From Octopus bimaculoides (lineage: Eukaryota): 64,000 nucleotides of DNA. The stretch lies in the NCBI RefSeq assembly GCF_001194135.2, contig NC_068984.1, forward strand, positions 87,917,945 through 87,981,944, in the 5' to 3' direction. The notes below the pieces were generated by a model that was not told the DNA's origin, made no database searches, and saw only the letters and a program-made list of their open reading frames with translations. The translations under genes and the position numbers were made by a program. Shown here piece after piece: positions 40,810 through 53,915 of this stretch; position 1 is the first letter of the stretch, and the number at the start of each line of letters is the position of its first letter.

Positions 40810-42676
40810 GTAAGTAGAAAACGTCTGTCAATTTTCCAATCCGTTGTTTCCAAGTAATTCACATGCCTCAAATATGTGCATTTATTATGCTAAAAGACTA
40901 TTTAAAAAAACGAAGATTTACCATTAGACTATAATGAATTTTATTTTTGAATAGAAATGGATCCAATGCTATTTCAAAACACTTTGCTCTCTGATGTTAT
41001 ATGATTGGTGTTGTCATCATATGACAATAACTTAAGATATTAATATTACGCGGCAATAGGATTTAAGAGGTTTCTAGTGATTGGCATAAAGCCTTCCAAT
41101 GCCTTCGAATTAAACTTTTCTGAACAAAATATCATAAAAGAAGTTGTTTAAACTAAGAATCTCAACTTCCATCATCCTGTTAATACGAGCTGCAGTTTAT
41201 CAGCTTTAATTTTAGACATATATCCTTGTTAATAAACCTTGTTAAGATCTTTTGATATACTTAGGGTCGCATTGAGCTCAAGTGACGGCCAAAGCACCGC
41301 TCACCAGTGATTCCCCTTGACACTGGCATTAAGTAGTTGACACGACATTAAGACATGCTGAATATAAAATAATAGATTAAAAACTCAGTCTTTTTCTAGT
41401 CTATCCACCAAACCAAACACTACAACTACACTAAAATAACCGTTCTATTTTTTATTTATACTTTAAACACAAAGAATTACAGTAAGCCGTGTAATTTATT
41501 TACTTACTGGTAGGACAACAAGTAAAAAAAAGTAAATTTTCAGCACTGTTTTTATTACAAAAATAAAACTTACAAAGGGAAATACAGATGGTATAATTTA
41601 CTGGAAACCATTCTTCCTCCAGAAATCAATGCTGTTGATTGAAAAAAAAAATGTAATCCTAATGAAGAAATATCATTATTTGTACGAAAGAAAAATTTTT
41701 ATTCCAATTTTCTTCTAACAAAAATACAAAGCATTTCGGGATAATGGATTAAAATNNNNNNNNNNNNNNNNNNNNNNNNNNNNNNNNNNNNNNNNNNNNN
41801 NNNNNNNNNNNNNNNNNNNNNNNNNNNNNNNNNNNNNNNNNNNNNNNNNNNNNNNNNNNNNNNNNNNNNNNNNNNNNNNNNNNNNNNNNNNNNNNNNNNN
41901 NNNNNNNNNNNNNNNNNNNNNNNNNNNNNNNNNNNNNNNNNNNNNNNNNNNNNNNNNNNNNNNNNNNNNNNNNNNNNNNNNNNNNNNNNNNNNNNNNNNN
42001 NNNNNNNNNNNNNNNNNNNNNNNNNNNNNNNNNNNNNNNNNNNNNNNNNNNNNNNNNNNNNNNNNNNNNNNNNNNNNNNNNNNNNNNNNNNNNNNNNNNN
42101 NNNNNNNNNNNNNNNNNNNNNNNNNNNNNNNNNNNNNNNNNNNNNNNNNNNNNNNNNNNNNNNNNNNNNNNNNNNNNNNNNNNNNNNNNNNNNNNNNNNN
42201 NNNNNNNNNNNNNNNNNNNNNNNNNNNNNNNNNNNNNNNNNNNNNNNNNNNNNNNNNNNNNNNNNNNNNNNNNNNNNNNNNNNNNNNNNNNNNNNNNNNN
42301 NNNNNNNNNNNNNNNNNNNNNNNNNNNNNNNNNNNNNNNNNNNNNNNNNNNNNNNNNNNNNNNNNNNNNNNNNNNNNNNNNNNNNNNNNNNNNNNNNNNN
42401 NNNNNNNNNNNNNNNNNNNNNNNNNNNNNNNNNNNNNNNNNNNNNNNNNNNNNNNNNNNNNNNNNNNNNNNNNNNNNNNNNNNNNNNNNNNNNNNNNNNN
42501 NNNNNNNNNNNNNNNNNNNNNNNNNNNNNNNNNNNNNNNNNNNNNNNNNNNNNNNNNNNNNNNNNNNNNNNNNNNNNNNNNNNNNNNNNNNNNNNNNNNN
42601 NNNNNNNNNNNNNNNNNNNNNNNNNNNNNNNNNNNTATATATATATATATATATATATAAAGAGAGCGTACGTGGG

Positions 42677-42729
<53 letters not shown>

Positions 42730-42872
42730 GATGCACGCGCGCATGCGCATCTGTGTCAAGAAAACGTAACTGAAGCAGAAGCAAATTGAAATAACCATCT
42801 ATTTGTCCTACTTAACACATATATACACTTGACAGATATATAGTTAAGTATTATGTAAGTTAGCTCTATGTA

Positions 42873-44098
42873 TCAGGTTGAGTAAAACGTAAGCAACGTT
42901 TTGAAACATGAAATTCATCACAAAATATTTCAACAATGCGGAAATTTTATTCATCAAAGTAAGTACCATTACAATCAACACATTTTTGCCAACCAGTTAC
43001 AAGTTTGTTTATTCTGGTAACATAAAAATCTGGAGTTCTGGAGCTGATGAACTCTTTGAATGCACTTTCAACATCGGTTTGGTTTTTGAACTCCTTCTCT
43101 TGCTGGAAACCATCAAGGTGCTTCAAAAAGTGGTAGTCGGTAGGAAAAAGATCTGGGGAATTAGCTGGGTGGAGAAGAACTTCGTAGCCAAGTTCCCTTA
43201 ACTTCTAAAGCGTCATTAGTGAAATATATGGTCGAGTATTGTCATGAAGAAAGATTGATCCTCCCAATCTGGGACGAAGGAGTAGCACATTTTCATTCAT
43301 TTTGGCAATTTCATGGCAATATGTTTCTGCAGTAATGGTTTTCCCGGGTTTTAAGAAGTTAGAGTGGATAAGTCCAGCAGTACACCACCAAACAACCACG
43401 AAAACTGCTTTTTTTTTTTTTTTAAGAGCTCGGGTTTAGAGAAAGTTTTCGGTGCTTCATTTTAGTCCAACCACTGTGAAGAACGTTTTTTTATTATTGT
43501 ACAGAATCCACTTTTCATTGCAAATTACAATATGGTCGGGAAATGGATCGTTCTGGTTACGGAGAAGAAGCGACGAGCAAATTTCAATCTGCGCATTTTC
43601 TGATTTTCATTCAAATCATGTGATATCCATTTGTCGAGCTTTTTTTTAATTTTCTTATGGCATGCAAATGGTTGCAGGCAGTTTTCTGGCTAACTTGAAG
43701 TTCTTTTGCTAGTTCTTGAGTGGTTTTACGTGGATCTTTCTCAATGACGGTCTTTAATTTCGTCCGCTATGCTCACGATCTTCAAGGATCAGGTCTCCAC
43801 TGCGAAATCGTTTAAACCATTTTCGAGCTCACCACTCACTGGTTATTTCCTCATCAAACGTTTCGTTGATATCGCTATCCGTTTCAGCTGCTATACGTCC
43901 TTTTTTGAAGTTGAATAGCAAAATTGCTCGAATATTTCGCTTTGACAGTTCCATTTCAAATGATTGTAACAACGATAAAAAAAATACCAATGTTAATTTA
44001 TTGATGCATTTGGGCAAGTATTTGTCTGTATTACCAGAAAATTGCAAAAGAAAAATTCTTCATGGTTCAAAACGTTGCTTACTTTTTACTCAACCTGA
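42873..44098 (-). mobile_element. Full-length decayed mariner DNA transposon, Hsmar1/cecropia-like
   Basis: About 40-bp TIRs (tcaggttgagtaaaacgtaagcaacgttttgaaacatgaa / ttcatggttcaaaacgttgcttactttttactcaacctga) flanked by TA at 42871-42872 and 44099-44100. Disrupted transposase 43954->42947 reads MELSKRNIRAILLFNFKKG..AAET, VWWCTAGLIH..LKPGKTITAETY, FLHDNTRP, LGYEVLLHPANSPDLFPTDYHF and WQKCVDCNGTYFDE*. Confidence 0.93.
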
Positions 44099-44435
44099 TA
44101 GATATGTACATGCATTGTACTAACTTAAAGTGTTTACTCAATACCGCATCATTCTGCACAATTATCTAGCCCAGGGCACAATTTACAACACACCACCACA
44201 ATGACACACGCCTTCAGTGTTCGATATACCCTGTCATCCTACGCTACCTCTCAACACCACATGATGCATGAAGCCTATCAATATTCTTGATCTCAGTACA
44301 GAGGATTGCCACATGCACCATACATATGCATATACTACACCACAATAAATCACCTCAGATGATACATTAGAAAACCAACACACTATATTGCACATCATCT
44401 GTTTTCTTCTACGGTTTTATTCTTTTCCATTTCAG

Positions 44436-44511
44436 AAGCCGTTGTATCCTATGTGTTTCTTACTGTAGCAGTTCTCGCCATTCTTATTGCAATATCATTT
44501 ATCATTGGAAG
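44436..44511 (+). CDS. Transmembrane-helix exon (phase 1-2, 76 nt)
   Basis: Acceptor ttcttttccatttcag|AA and donor GGAAG|gtaaga. Encodes KAVVSYVFLTVAVLAILIAISFIIG, an uninterrupted hydrophobic helix. Confidence 0.9.
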
Positions 44512-44699
44512 GTAAGACATCACGTTTTGAAATACGTTAAGGTTTGGATTGAGCTTAACCACAAAACAGGGAATTTTCATTTCATTTTACTTTCTGTGAA
44601 AATTATGGTGTTTCATTTTTAGAATAAGTTGATTCAAATATTATTAAGTTACATTCGATGTCCTCTCTTCTTGCTATTATTTTATATATCCCTAATAAA

Positions 44700-44948
44700 T
44701 GACCTGGCTCTCCGTCGTTTACGACGACGATTGTTCCAGCTGGTTCATGAAGTTAACGTGCAAGTACCCGAGCACTGCACAGACGCGAGTAGTTCTCAGG
44801 TGATTCAAAGAGGCACAGAATGTGACAAGGCTGGCGGCCCTTTAAGCTATGGGTACAGTTCATTTTTATCAGCTGAGCCAATTGAAGCAACAAGAAATAA
44901 AGTGTCCTGCTCAAGGGTACAACACGCCGCCGGAGATTGAACTCACAA
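44700..44948 (-). mobile_element. tRNA-derived SINE family C, diverged partial copy
   Basis: Reverse-complement similarity to 4288-4611 (gtgacaaggctgg..ccct, aaagtgtcctgctcaagg, gattgaactcac). Confidence 0.75.
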
Positions 44949-46091
44949 GAAGGTGCATGGCTTGAAGTTTAGGGTATTCGATTCAGGACCCTAAGAAATA
45001 TTTTACATAAAATTTAAGAGTGGATATTTTGCTTTAGAGATATTGTCAGTATTCTGTACTGCTATTATATCTTGATATATCAGTAAAAATTACTATGTGT
45101 GAATGTTTCTAAAGCATTTAATTTTTCGTGTAAATGCTTTGTAGTTCAGCACCACCTTTCAATGACTAGCATTTTACGAACAGCCCTTCCCTTATCTTGC
45201 ATGAAATACAACAGATTATTTTAGCGAAACAGAAGCTAATTTCCAACAGTTGTTTATTATCCGTATTTTCTTATACTATCCCATCCAGTTTGAGACCTCT
45301 TTTCAATAAGCTGAATTTTTGTGGAAATTACTAAAAGAAGCAAAAACTTATATAATAAAAACTATATTTAGAGTTATAATAATTGTGAATAACATAGAGC
45401 AAAGCAAATAGCAATTTAAATTATAATTTAAAACATTGTTAACTTTATTACTAGTGTTAATGAGTCAAATACAAATATCAGTATTTAACTACCTTTAACA
45501 TTGTAAAAAAAAAAAAACAAATATAAAATATATTCAAATTATTGTATTTTCCATCAAAAAAGGATCAACTAAAAATTAAATAATGGTTGTCTTGAGCTTC
45601 ATGAGATTTTGTTCATTTCAAAGCTCTCAAGCTCGATATATGACAAACAGGACTTCAAGTCTCCTGACATATATATATNNNNNNNNNNNNNNNNNNNNNN
45701 NNNNNNNNNNNNNNNNNNNNNNNNNNNNNNNNNNNNNNNNNNNNNNNNNNNNNNNNNNNNNNNNNNNNNNNNNNNNNNNNNNNNNNNNNNNNNNNNNNNN
45801 NNNNNNNNNNNNNNNNNNNNNNNNNNNNNNNNNNNNNNNNNNNNNNNNNNNNNNNNNNNNNNNNNNNNNNNNNNNNNNNNNNNNNNNNNNNNNNNNNNNN
45901 NNNNNNNNNNNNNNNNNNNNNNNNNNNNNNNNNNNNNNNNNNNNNNNNNNNNNNNNNNNNNNNNNNNNNNNNNNNNNNNNNNNNNNNNNNNNNNNNNNNN
46001 NNNNNNNNNNNNNNNNNNNNNNNNNNNNNNNNNNNNNNNNNNNNNNNNNNNNNNNNNNNNNNNNNNNNNNNNNNNNNNNNNNNNNNNNNNN

Positions 46092-46383
46092 GACAAGGCT
46101 GGTCCTCTGAAATACTGGTCCTACTCATTTTTACCAGCTGAGTGGACTAGAACAGCGTGAAATGAAATGCCTTGCTCAAGGACGCAACGCACTGCCGCGT
46201 ATCGAACTCACGACCTTACGCTCGTGAACTGAATACCCTAACCACTAAGCCACGCGCCTTCACTGAAAACTAAGGGTTCGCGTGACTGTGGAGTGGTCAG
46301 CCACTTGCACGTTAATTTCACAAGCAGGCTGTTCTGTTGATCGGATAAACTGAAACATTCGAGGTCACAACCGACGGAGTGTC
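46092..46383. mobile_element. SINE family C: 5' part on the minus strand (46092-46262) followed by a 3' part on the plus strand (about 46280-46383)
   Basis: taaccactaagccacgcgccttc is the reverse complement of the tRNA head. gtggagtggtcagccacttgcacgttaatttcac matches the 3' body of the 4288 copy. Confidence 0.8.
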
Positions 46384-46407
46384 ATTTTAGTATAATATAG
46401 TATAGTA

Positions 46408-46408
<1 letters not shown>

Positions 46409-46469
<61 letters not shown>

Positions 46470-46560
46470 CTATCTAGCTAGCCATCTACATACATACATA
46501 CATGCATACATACATACATACATACATACTTACATACATGCATACAAACATACATACATA
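46409..46560. repeat. (ATCT)n and (ATAC)n microsatellites
   Basis: Directly visible in the sequence. Confidence 0.95.
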
Positions 46561-47908
46561 CAAAAATACTCTGTTGATGTTGAAATTCCAATGAAGGAGC
46601 CTTGGTTTTAGGTTAGAAACCGGCTCTTTCTCTATTGACAAGAAATTTTGAAATAAAACTGAATAACATACATATATACATGTGTGTTTGTGGGGGGCTG
46701 TAATCTACCTTGGTGTTAGCTGATAGTTGTACTACTATGCGACATCCTTTCTCAAAGATAGAGATATTCATTTTGATCCTTAAACTTTAATTTTGTGCAA
46801 AGCCATCTTGTCAAAATAGCACCCGAGATTTTATTGAAAATATATTGAAAATATAAATATTATACTTGTCTTAACTGTTTCACTTGACGCTTACAGGTCA
46901 AGAGTGTGACATGTGAATAGCACTTGACTAAGTAAACGTTATCCAAATAATTTATTAAAATGCATGAAGGATTGTGAAGGTGTATGTATGGAGGGTGACA
47001 GTAGAAAATTATTCTGATTTTGTAAACGAACTTCCCTGTTTCAATGAATGAACTTCTTTACTTCACAATTTCTGAGATTCCATACAAGATTCTCAACCAA
47101 GCGACCAAACAAAGAAACATAAAAACAGCAACGCCGGTATTTGAGTTCGTGTAGTAGTTGGATAAGATAGATGAGTGTGTTTACACTGATGTTAACAATA
47201 TAATTTCTCCCACTCCATTAAACTGAATATAGTGGCCGTTATTTTTTATACGGATAGCATTTCTCAGTAGTTTCACTCGGTCAAAACAGTAATGTGTAAC
47301 AACTACTCGTGTAGATTATTGTAGATAAATTCTCAAGTGTGGAGAAGATAATGTTTCTCTGAGGAGATTTAATGATACCGAAACATGACTGGAGTTATAA
47401 CCAGTAGTTATTCAGACCAGATTAAATTAAAATCAGAAATTGAACTAATCTTATTTTCTTCAAAGTGTTGGTTTTAAAACATTTTGCATGAACCAAAGCC
47501 TTATGAATGTCCTTTGGCAATGTGTTTAATCTCAATGTAAGAACATTGTAGATGAGCATTGAAGGGAGTTCACAGTGCGTCATATCCGTTACACAGTTTC
47601 GATTCCAGTCTGTATTCAAACTGAGTCGCTAATAATGAACATTTCACAGTCTCACTCGTCTCTGTATATAGAGTTTCTGAAGCTTACCGGAATTTAAGAA
47701 GTAAATACTTGTATTATTTACAGCATCTATTCAATCAACCGTAATTGAGCATGGAAAATATTTCGTGTTCTATCAACATAAAACTATAGCTATCAACGAT
47801 AACTATCAACATAAAATTAGATCTGTTTTTTTTTTTCAGGTATAATTTTGTTTGCTTGTGTTTCTGTATTTATTTTTTTCCAATTAGATTTATTTTACTT
47901 GCTTTCAG

Positions 47909-48617
47909 TTACATCAAATATTATCAAGCGGGTCAATACCACATCGAATCAAGTGAAAGAGCGCTGCTTAGAAAAGAAGATACGCCAATGGGTTCTTTCC
48001 CTCGAGGAGATGACGAATTAAATACAATCATTCACAAAACAGACACTATTAACAGTAATTCCAGACATAAAGGCACTGATGATTTTAAATGTAAATCAGC
48101 GGATGGTTCTGCGAAGGATACTAGTAGTTGTAAAGGAACTCTACGTAACGGAGGTATTACAACTTTTTCTCCTTCAACTACACCAACACGTTCTGTTAGT
48201 GGATTGTATTCGGCAGTTGCTATGGAAACGCCCAGAAAAAGCTGGGCTTCTGTAGGACCAGCCAGTCTTGATTTGGAGGAAGATGATGATGCACAAGTTA
48301 GTGGTTCAATTCAATTACATATACCGAAACGTCAATCGTCAGAGAAACACAGAGTCTTTTCTGATAGATTTTCGGATAGTGTCGAACATTACTTAGTGAA
48401 CAACGATGAATACGCTGTTGTAAGAAAACCTGTACGAGGTTCAACAAACGGAGCCACAGAAGAAATATACGCAACCCCACTGGATAATATGGAATTAAGG
48501 AATCAGTTCCAAGTAACGACAGGGCCTTACTACGCAAAACGACAAACAAACCCGAGACCAACATTGGCCTTCACAGACACCAGTAAAAATAGTAAATGGG
48601 AAGATGAATATTTTTAA
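47909..48617 (+). CDS. Terminal coding exon: 235-aa cytoplasmic tail
   Basis: Acceptor ttttacttgctttcag|T in phase 2, matching the TM exon. Long open frame YIKYYQAGQYHIESSE...SKNSKWEDEYF* (track ORF 47856..48617) ending at TAA 48615-48617, followed by an AT-rich 3' region. Confidence 0.85.
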
Positions 48618-48855
48618 GCTTTGAAATTCAATGAGATCTTCAGAATAGGGCTAAGAAATCTACATAAAGCTTTTACAGTCAGTATGGAGCTCTCAAACTT
48701 ACTGATCTATTTTAATTCTAAAACAAGTTGTTGATACGAAAATCTCAAACACTCTTGACAGTAAAAAGAAATACTGAGCATTATAAGCAGCACGTTTTTG
48801 AAACTCTAAAACCCTCGTTTAAAAAAACACTAATTAAAAGTTCAAAGTATTACTT

Positions 48856-48861
48856 AATAAA
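48856..48861 (+). promoter_or_regulatory. Candidate polyadenylation signal AATAAA
   Basis: First AATAAA I found after the stop codon. Others occur near 48948 and further downstream, so which one is used is unknown. Confidence 0.3.
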
Positions 48862-49806
48862 GAATATTAACGTTTGGGTAAAAGTTTATTGAACTATAAA
48901 TATTGCAAAAGTATCAATATTTTATTGATTTTGTTCCTGAAAAAAAAAATAAAAGAGTGAAACAAATGTAAATCTGCTAACATGTAAAAAAAAAAGTGGA
49001 TTCTTTTTAAAATTTGGTTTCTTTACTTCATAACAAATCTATGAAAGTCATAAATTGTGGTTTCAGATTTTAAAAGTTTGTGAAACGTTTAAGCTAATTC
49101 CCCTCGGTGAGCAAAAATAACTTAATTTCTGAATTGTACCGCAAATAATCTTGAATCTTGAGACACATATATGTACGAAACAAATGACATGTCTACATTC
49201 TTATCACGAACGTGTTTAATGTATGAAAAAATAACTACTACTAACGCTTATCACCACACAATATGTATCGCAACTACAACATATTCTAATATCAGGAACG
49301 AAGAAACAAATTCACAATTCAGAGCGGCTAACAGATTCCTGATTTTATATATCTGGTTAGATGTCACAATAGTTCAATTTCGATTACTTATGGTACTTTT
49401 GTGAGAATGCTCTTACCTGGAAAACAAACCACTAAATATACACAAATATTTTAGGTGCATCATAAAAAATATTTTTTTCTCATTTAAGAGCATTTAACAA
49501 ACAAGTTCGCCTCTCATATTAGAGCAATGAAGTAACTTTATTGGACATTGATAATAAAAAATGTAAAGCTACGTATTGGTGTACAACAAACCCAGTTACT
49601 GTGTGATGTCCGTAAAATTTACGTTTTGTATTGAAAAATAATGAGCATTCATCTATAAAATGCTCATTACGTTTTTCAATATAAATATGTACAGATAAAT
49701 ATAATCAATGCTACCAAAATAAAATCGAAATAACATTCAAATAACTACACTAAATATTATCACCAACTTGTATAATACTCACAACTGAGGTGTACATATA
49801 CATATA

Positions 49807-49856
<50 letters not shown>

Positions 49857-51862
49857 AGATGTCAATATATATACACTGAAATATAAATGGCTCCATGAAA
49901 AATAATTGGATTTAACAAATTACTTGACATTTCTTTTGTATTTCTCCGTAAGGACGCAAAAGATTCTGTAAAGATGTCGTTGATAAAGACGTTTTTTTTT
50001 GTTTTTTGTTTTTTTACAAAGATCATTTGAATGAGTGATGTTCAATAAAAGACATATTCACAAATGTTAACCTGAAAAACAATCAAGATACTAACTTGTT
50101 TAGAACGACAAATATCAGCGTGTATTATGTGTATCTGTAAAATCCTTAAGCGTTATTCTACGTAATAGTTATTTGTATATACCATGTTTTTGTACACATT
50201 TGTATATGCAGGAATCAATTTGTTTGTCTGAGATACATTCATGCATGAATGACACTGAACACAAGTATAAAAATATAACTAATTATTCTAGAATACCTAT
50301 TCTAGCGAATAGAGAACATTTTTTGAAAGACTATAGATTTATAACATGCAAATCCTTCAATCAACTTTGATAAATATTAAGTTTGGGGCAACATATCGAA
50401 TCAAACGAAATGTCATATCCATATCGTCATGTCATAAACCCGAACAGAATTAAAATAATTATATTCATTAAATGATTGCAAAACTCTATATTAATCATAT
50501 TAACGCATTCTAACACAACTGTATTCCTCACCTCTGGCCATTAATGAAACATTTCTATATTACGAGTAATTAAGAACAAATTATATAAGTCTTGGGGTTA
50601 CTTGCAGAAAGAAATTGTAATTGTAGATTTCAGAGAGAACTGTGTAGTAATTCTCAAGTACCTGAATATATATGTATATATNNNNNNNNNNNNNNNNNNN
50701 NNNNNNNNNNNNNNNNNNNNNNNNNNNNNNNNNNNNNNNNNNNNNNNNNNNNNNNNNNNNNNNNNNNNNNNNNNNNNNNNNNNNNNNNNNNNNNNNNNNN
50801 NNNNNNNNNNNNNNNNNNNNNNNNNNNNNNNNNNNNNNNNNNNNNNNNNNNNNNNNNNNNNNNNNNNNNNNNNNNNNNNNNNNNNNNNNNNNNNNNNNNN
50901 NNNNNNNNNNNNNNNNNNNNNNNNNNNNNNNNNNNNNNNNNNNNNATATATATATATATAAAGGAGTATTTAAAAACTCTTTAGACATGGCAACGGTCAT
51001 TGGTACCAAACATATACAAAGTATTTAAAGGTCACTGTGTGCGTGTGTGTGTATGTGTGTGTATATATGTGTGTTAATGGCTAAATGTATATATGTTGCA
51101 TTGAATATTTTGATATAATTATTGAGAAATAGAACAATAATAAAAAATAGATAGATATAGGTATATTTCAAAAAGCACTGATTCAATCTGCCCGGCTATC
51201 ATTATCAATGGGCTAAACGCATTCAAACATAGACGCGTGTTTATGTGCGTGTGTGTGTGTTGGGGGGGTGCTTGTGTGTGTGTGCGCGCGTGCGCGCGCA
51301 TCTCGTCTGTGTGAAAGCGTCATGTCGGTGTGTGAAAAGAAAAAAATTATATTATATTAAGTTATATTGGATTCGATTAAAAATAAAATGTTTGAAATGT
51401 TATATTTGAGGCAGATATGTATGTTAATTGAAGGAGGACATTAATGTGAATGTCATTCTTTAATTAATGTGTATAATTATGGAAACGGGTATGTTTCAAA
51501 ATTTGTTTATGTGAACCCATTATTGTGAACCATTATATTGATCGGTGTAGATGACATGAAACGTTTTATGAAAATTCATTTGTGTACATGCATAACACTT
51601 TTATAAATGCATAATACTGAGAAATGTTTATATATACATACATACAAAATTTCTTGCATATGCACATATATATAAAAGAAACGAGTATATATGTGCGTGC
51701 GTGCATGTGTGAGGGTGAGTGAGTGCGTGTGTGTGTGTATGTGTGTGTAATGTGTGTATGTGTGTGAATATATGTATGTATGTATATATGTCCGTACTAA
51801 AATTTGTGTTAAAGACATTGTAACTTTTGTCGTGAATTGAACCCACTTTCTGGTTATATATG

Positions 51863-51913
<51 letters not shown>

Positions 51914-52694
51914 NNNNNNNNNNNNNNNNNNNNNNNNNNNNNNNNNNNNNNNNNNNNNNNNNNNNNNNNNNNNNNNNNNNNNNNNNNNNNNNNNNNNNNN
52001 NNNNNNNNNNNNNNNNNNNNNNNNNNNNNNNNNNNNNNNNNNNNNNNNNNNNNNNNNNNNNNNNNNNNNNNNNNNNNNNNNNNNNNNNNNNNNNNNNNNN
52101 NNNNNNNNNNNNNNNNNNNNNNNNNNNNNNNNNNNNNNNNNNNNNNNNNNNNNNNNNNNNNNNNNNNNNNNNNNNNNNNNNNNNNNNNNNNNNNNNNNNN
52201 NNNNNNNNNNNNNNNNNNNNNNNNNNNNNNNNNNNNNNNNNNNNNNNNNNNNNNNNNNNNNNNNNNNNNNNNNNNNNNNNNNNNNNNNNNNNNNNNNNNN
52301 NNNNNNNNNNNNNNNNNNNNNNNNNNNNNNNNNNNNNNNNNNNNNNNNNNNNNNNNNNNNNNNNNNNNNNNNNNNNNNNNNNNNNNNNNNNNNNNNNNNN
52401 NNNNNNNNNNNNNNNNNNNNNNNNNNNNNNNNNNNNNNNNNNNNNNNNNNNNNNNNNNNNNNNNNNNNNNNNNNNNNNNNNNNNNNNNNNNNNNNNNNNN
52501 NNNNNNNNNNNNNNNNNNNNNNNNNNNNNNNNNNNNNNNNNNNNNNNNNNNNNNNNNNNNNNNNNNNNNNNNNNNNNNNNNNNNNNNNNNNNNNNNNNNN
52601 NNNNNNNNATATATACATACACACACATATATATATATATATATATATGTACATGTATATAAATGTGTGTGTGTATGTGTGGGTGTGGGTGTGA

Positions 52695-52725
<31 letters not shown>

Positions 52726-53013
52726 TTTCAATGATGGCACACAATTAACAACAAGTGAGAATAGAAATAAGTGATGAGGAGATCCAGGTTATGTTAATTA
52801 ATGGACTATGATAAGGTCTGTCCCTTTTTCAGAGATAAAGGTTGACATGTTTGTCAATTTGATAATTCCAATACATGACATCGAAATTTTCCACCTCAAC
52901 ATGATGGAAATTTTATTAACAAATATCAAATATGATCTTTTTCTAAATAAAAGAAGAATTAACTTTTGTTTGTATTCCTTTTGTCACACTGGATGTTTAA
53001 TTCATATGTTATG

Positions 53014-53462
53014 CTTTACTTGTTTCAGTCATTGGACTACAGCCATCCTGGAACACCGCCTTAGAGGGTTTAGTCGAAGAAATCAACCGCAGTACATGTG
53101 TTTAAATTCTGGTGGTCATTCTAATGTTTCTCTTTTTGCTGACTCCGGTAACTTGTAGGGACATAAACAAGTTATCATCGGTTGTCAAGCGATGGTGAGC
53201 GACAGACACATACACACATACATAGATAGATATATTCACACACACAAACACACATCTATCTATCCATCTACCTGTATACATACATATATATATATATATA
53301 TATATGACAAACTTCTTTCAGTTTTAGTTTACCAAATCAACTCAAAAGGCTTTGGTCAGCCCATGATAATAGGAAAAGACATTTGCCCAAGATGCCATGG
53401 ATTGGAACTGAAGCCGGAACCATGTGGTTTGGAAACAAACTTCTTACTACACAGGCATATCT
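53014..53462 (-). mobile_element. SINE family A
   Basis: ctttacttgtttcagtcatt...catcctggaacaccgcc ... gacatttgcccaagatgcca...gaaccatgtggtttggaaacaaacttcttactacac. Confidence 0.8.
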
Positions 53463-53496
53463 CTGTCTATTTATTAATATCATTATTTCTATTCAG

Positions 53497-53915
53497 GTGA
53501 CGAGCTGAGAGAATCGTTAGTAGGCCGAGCAAAATGTTTACGGCTATTTCGTCCGTCTTCATGTTCTGAGTTCAAGTTTCGCCGAGATCAACTTTGCCTT
53601 TCATCCTTTCGGGCTGATAAAGAAGTACCAATTGTGTACTGAGTCCGATGTAATCGACTTTCCCCCTACCCCGAAATTACTGGCCGTGTGCCATAATTTG
53701 AAACCGATGTTATTATTTCTATTTTGCTAAGGCGGCAAGCTGGTAGGCTCGTAAGCATGCCGGATAAATTTCTTTCTGTTCTGAGTTCAGTCAGGTCGAT
53801 TTTGTTTCAACCTTTGGGGATAGATGAAATAAATACCAGTTGAGGGATGGGTCGATGTAGTCGACTATTCCCCATCTCCCAACATTTCAGGCCTTGTTCC
53901 TATTACAGAATGGAC
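53497..53915 (+). mobile_element. Two tandem SINE family B copies (about 53497-53715 and 53728-53915)
   Basis: ggtgacgagctg and aaggcggcaagctgg heads, ctgagttca B-box, gcctttcatcctttcggg core and gatgtaatcgact tail. Confidence 0.8.
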
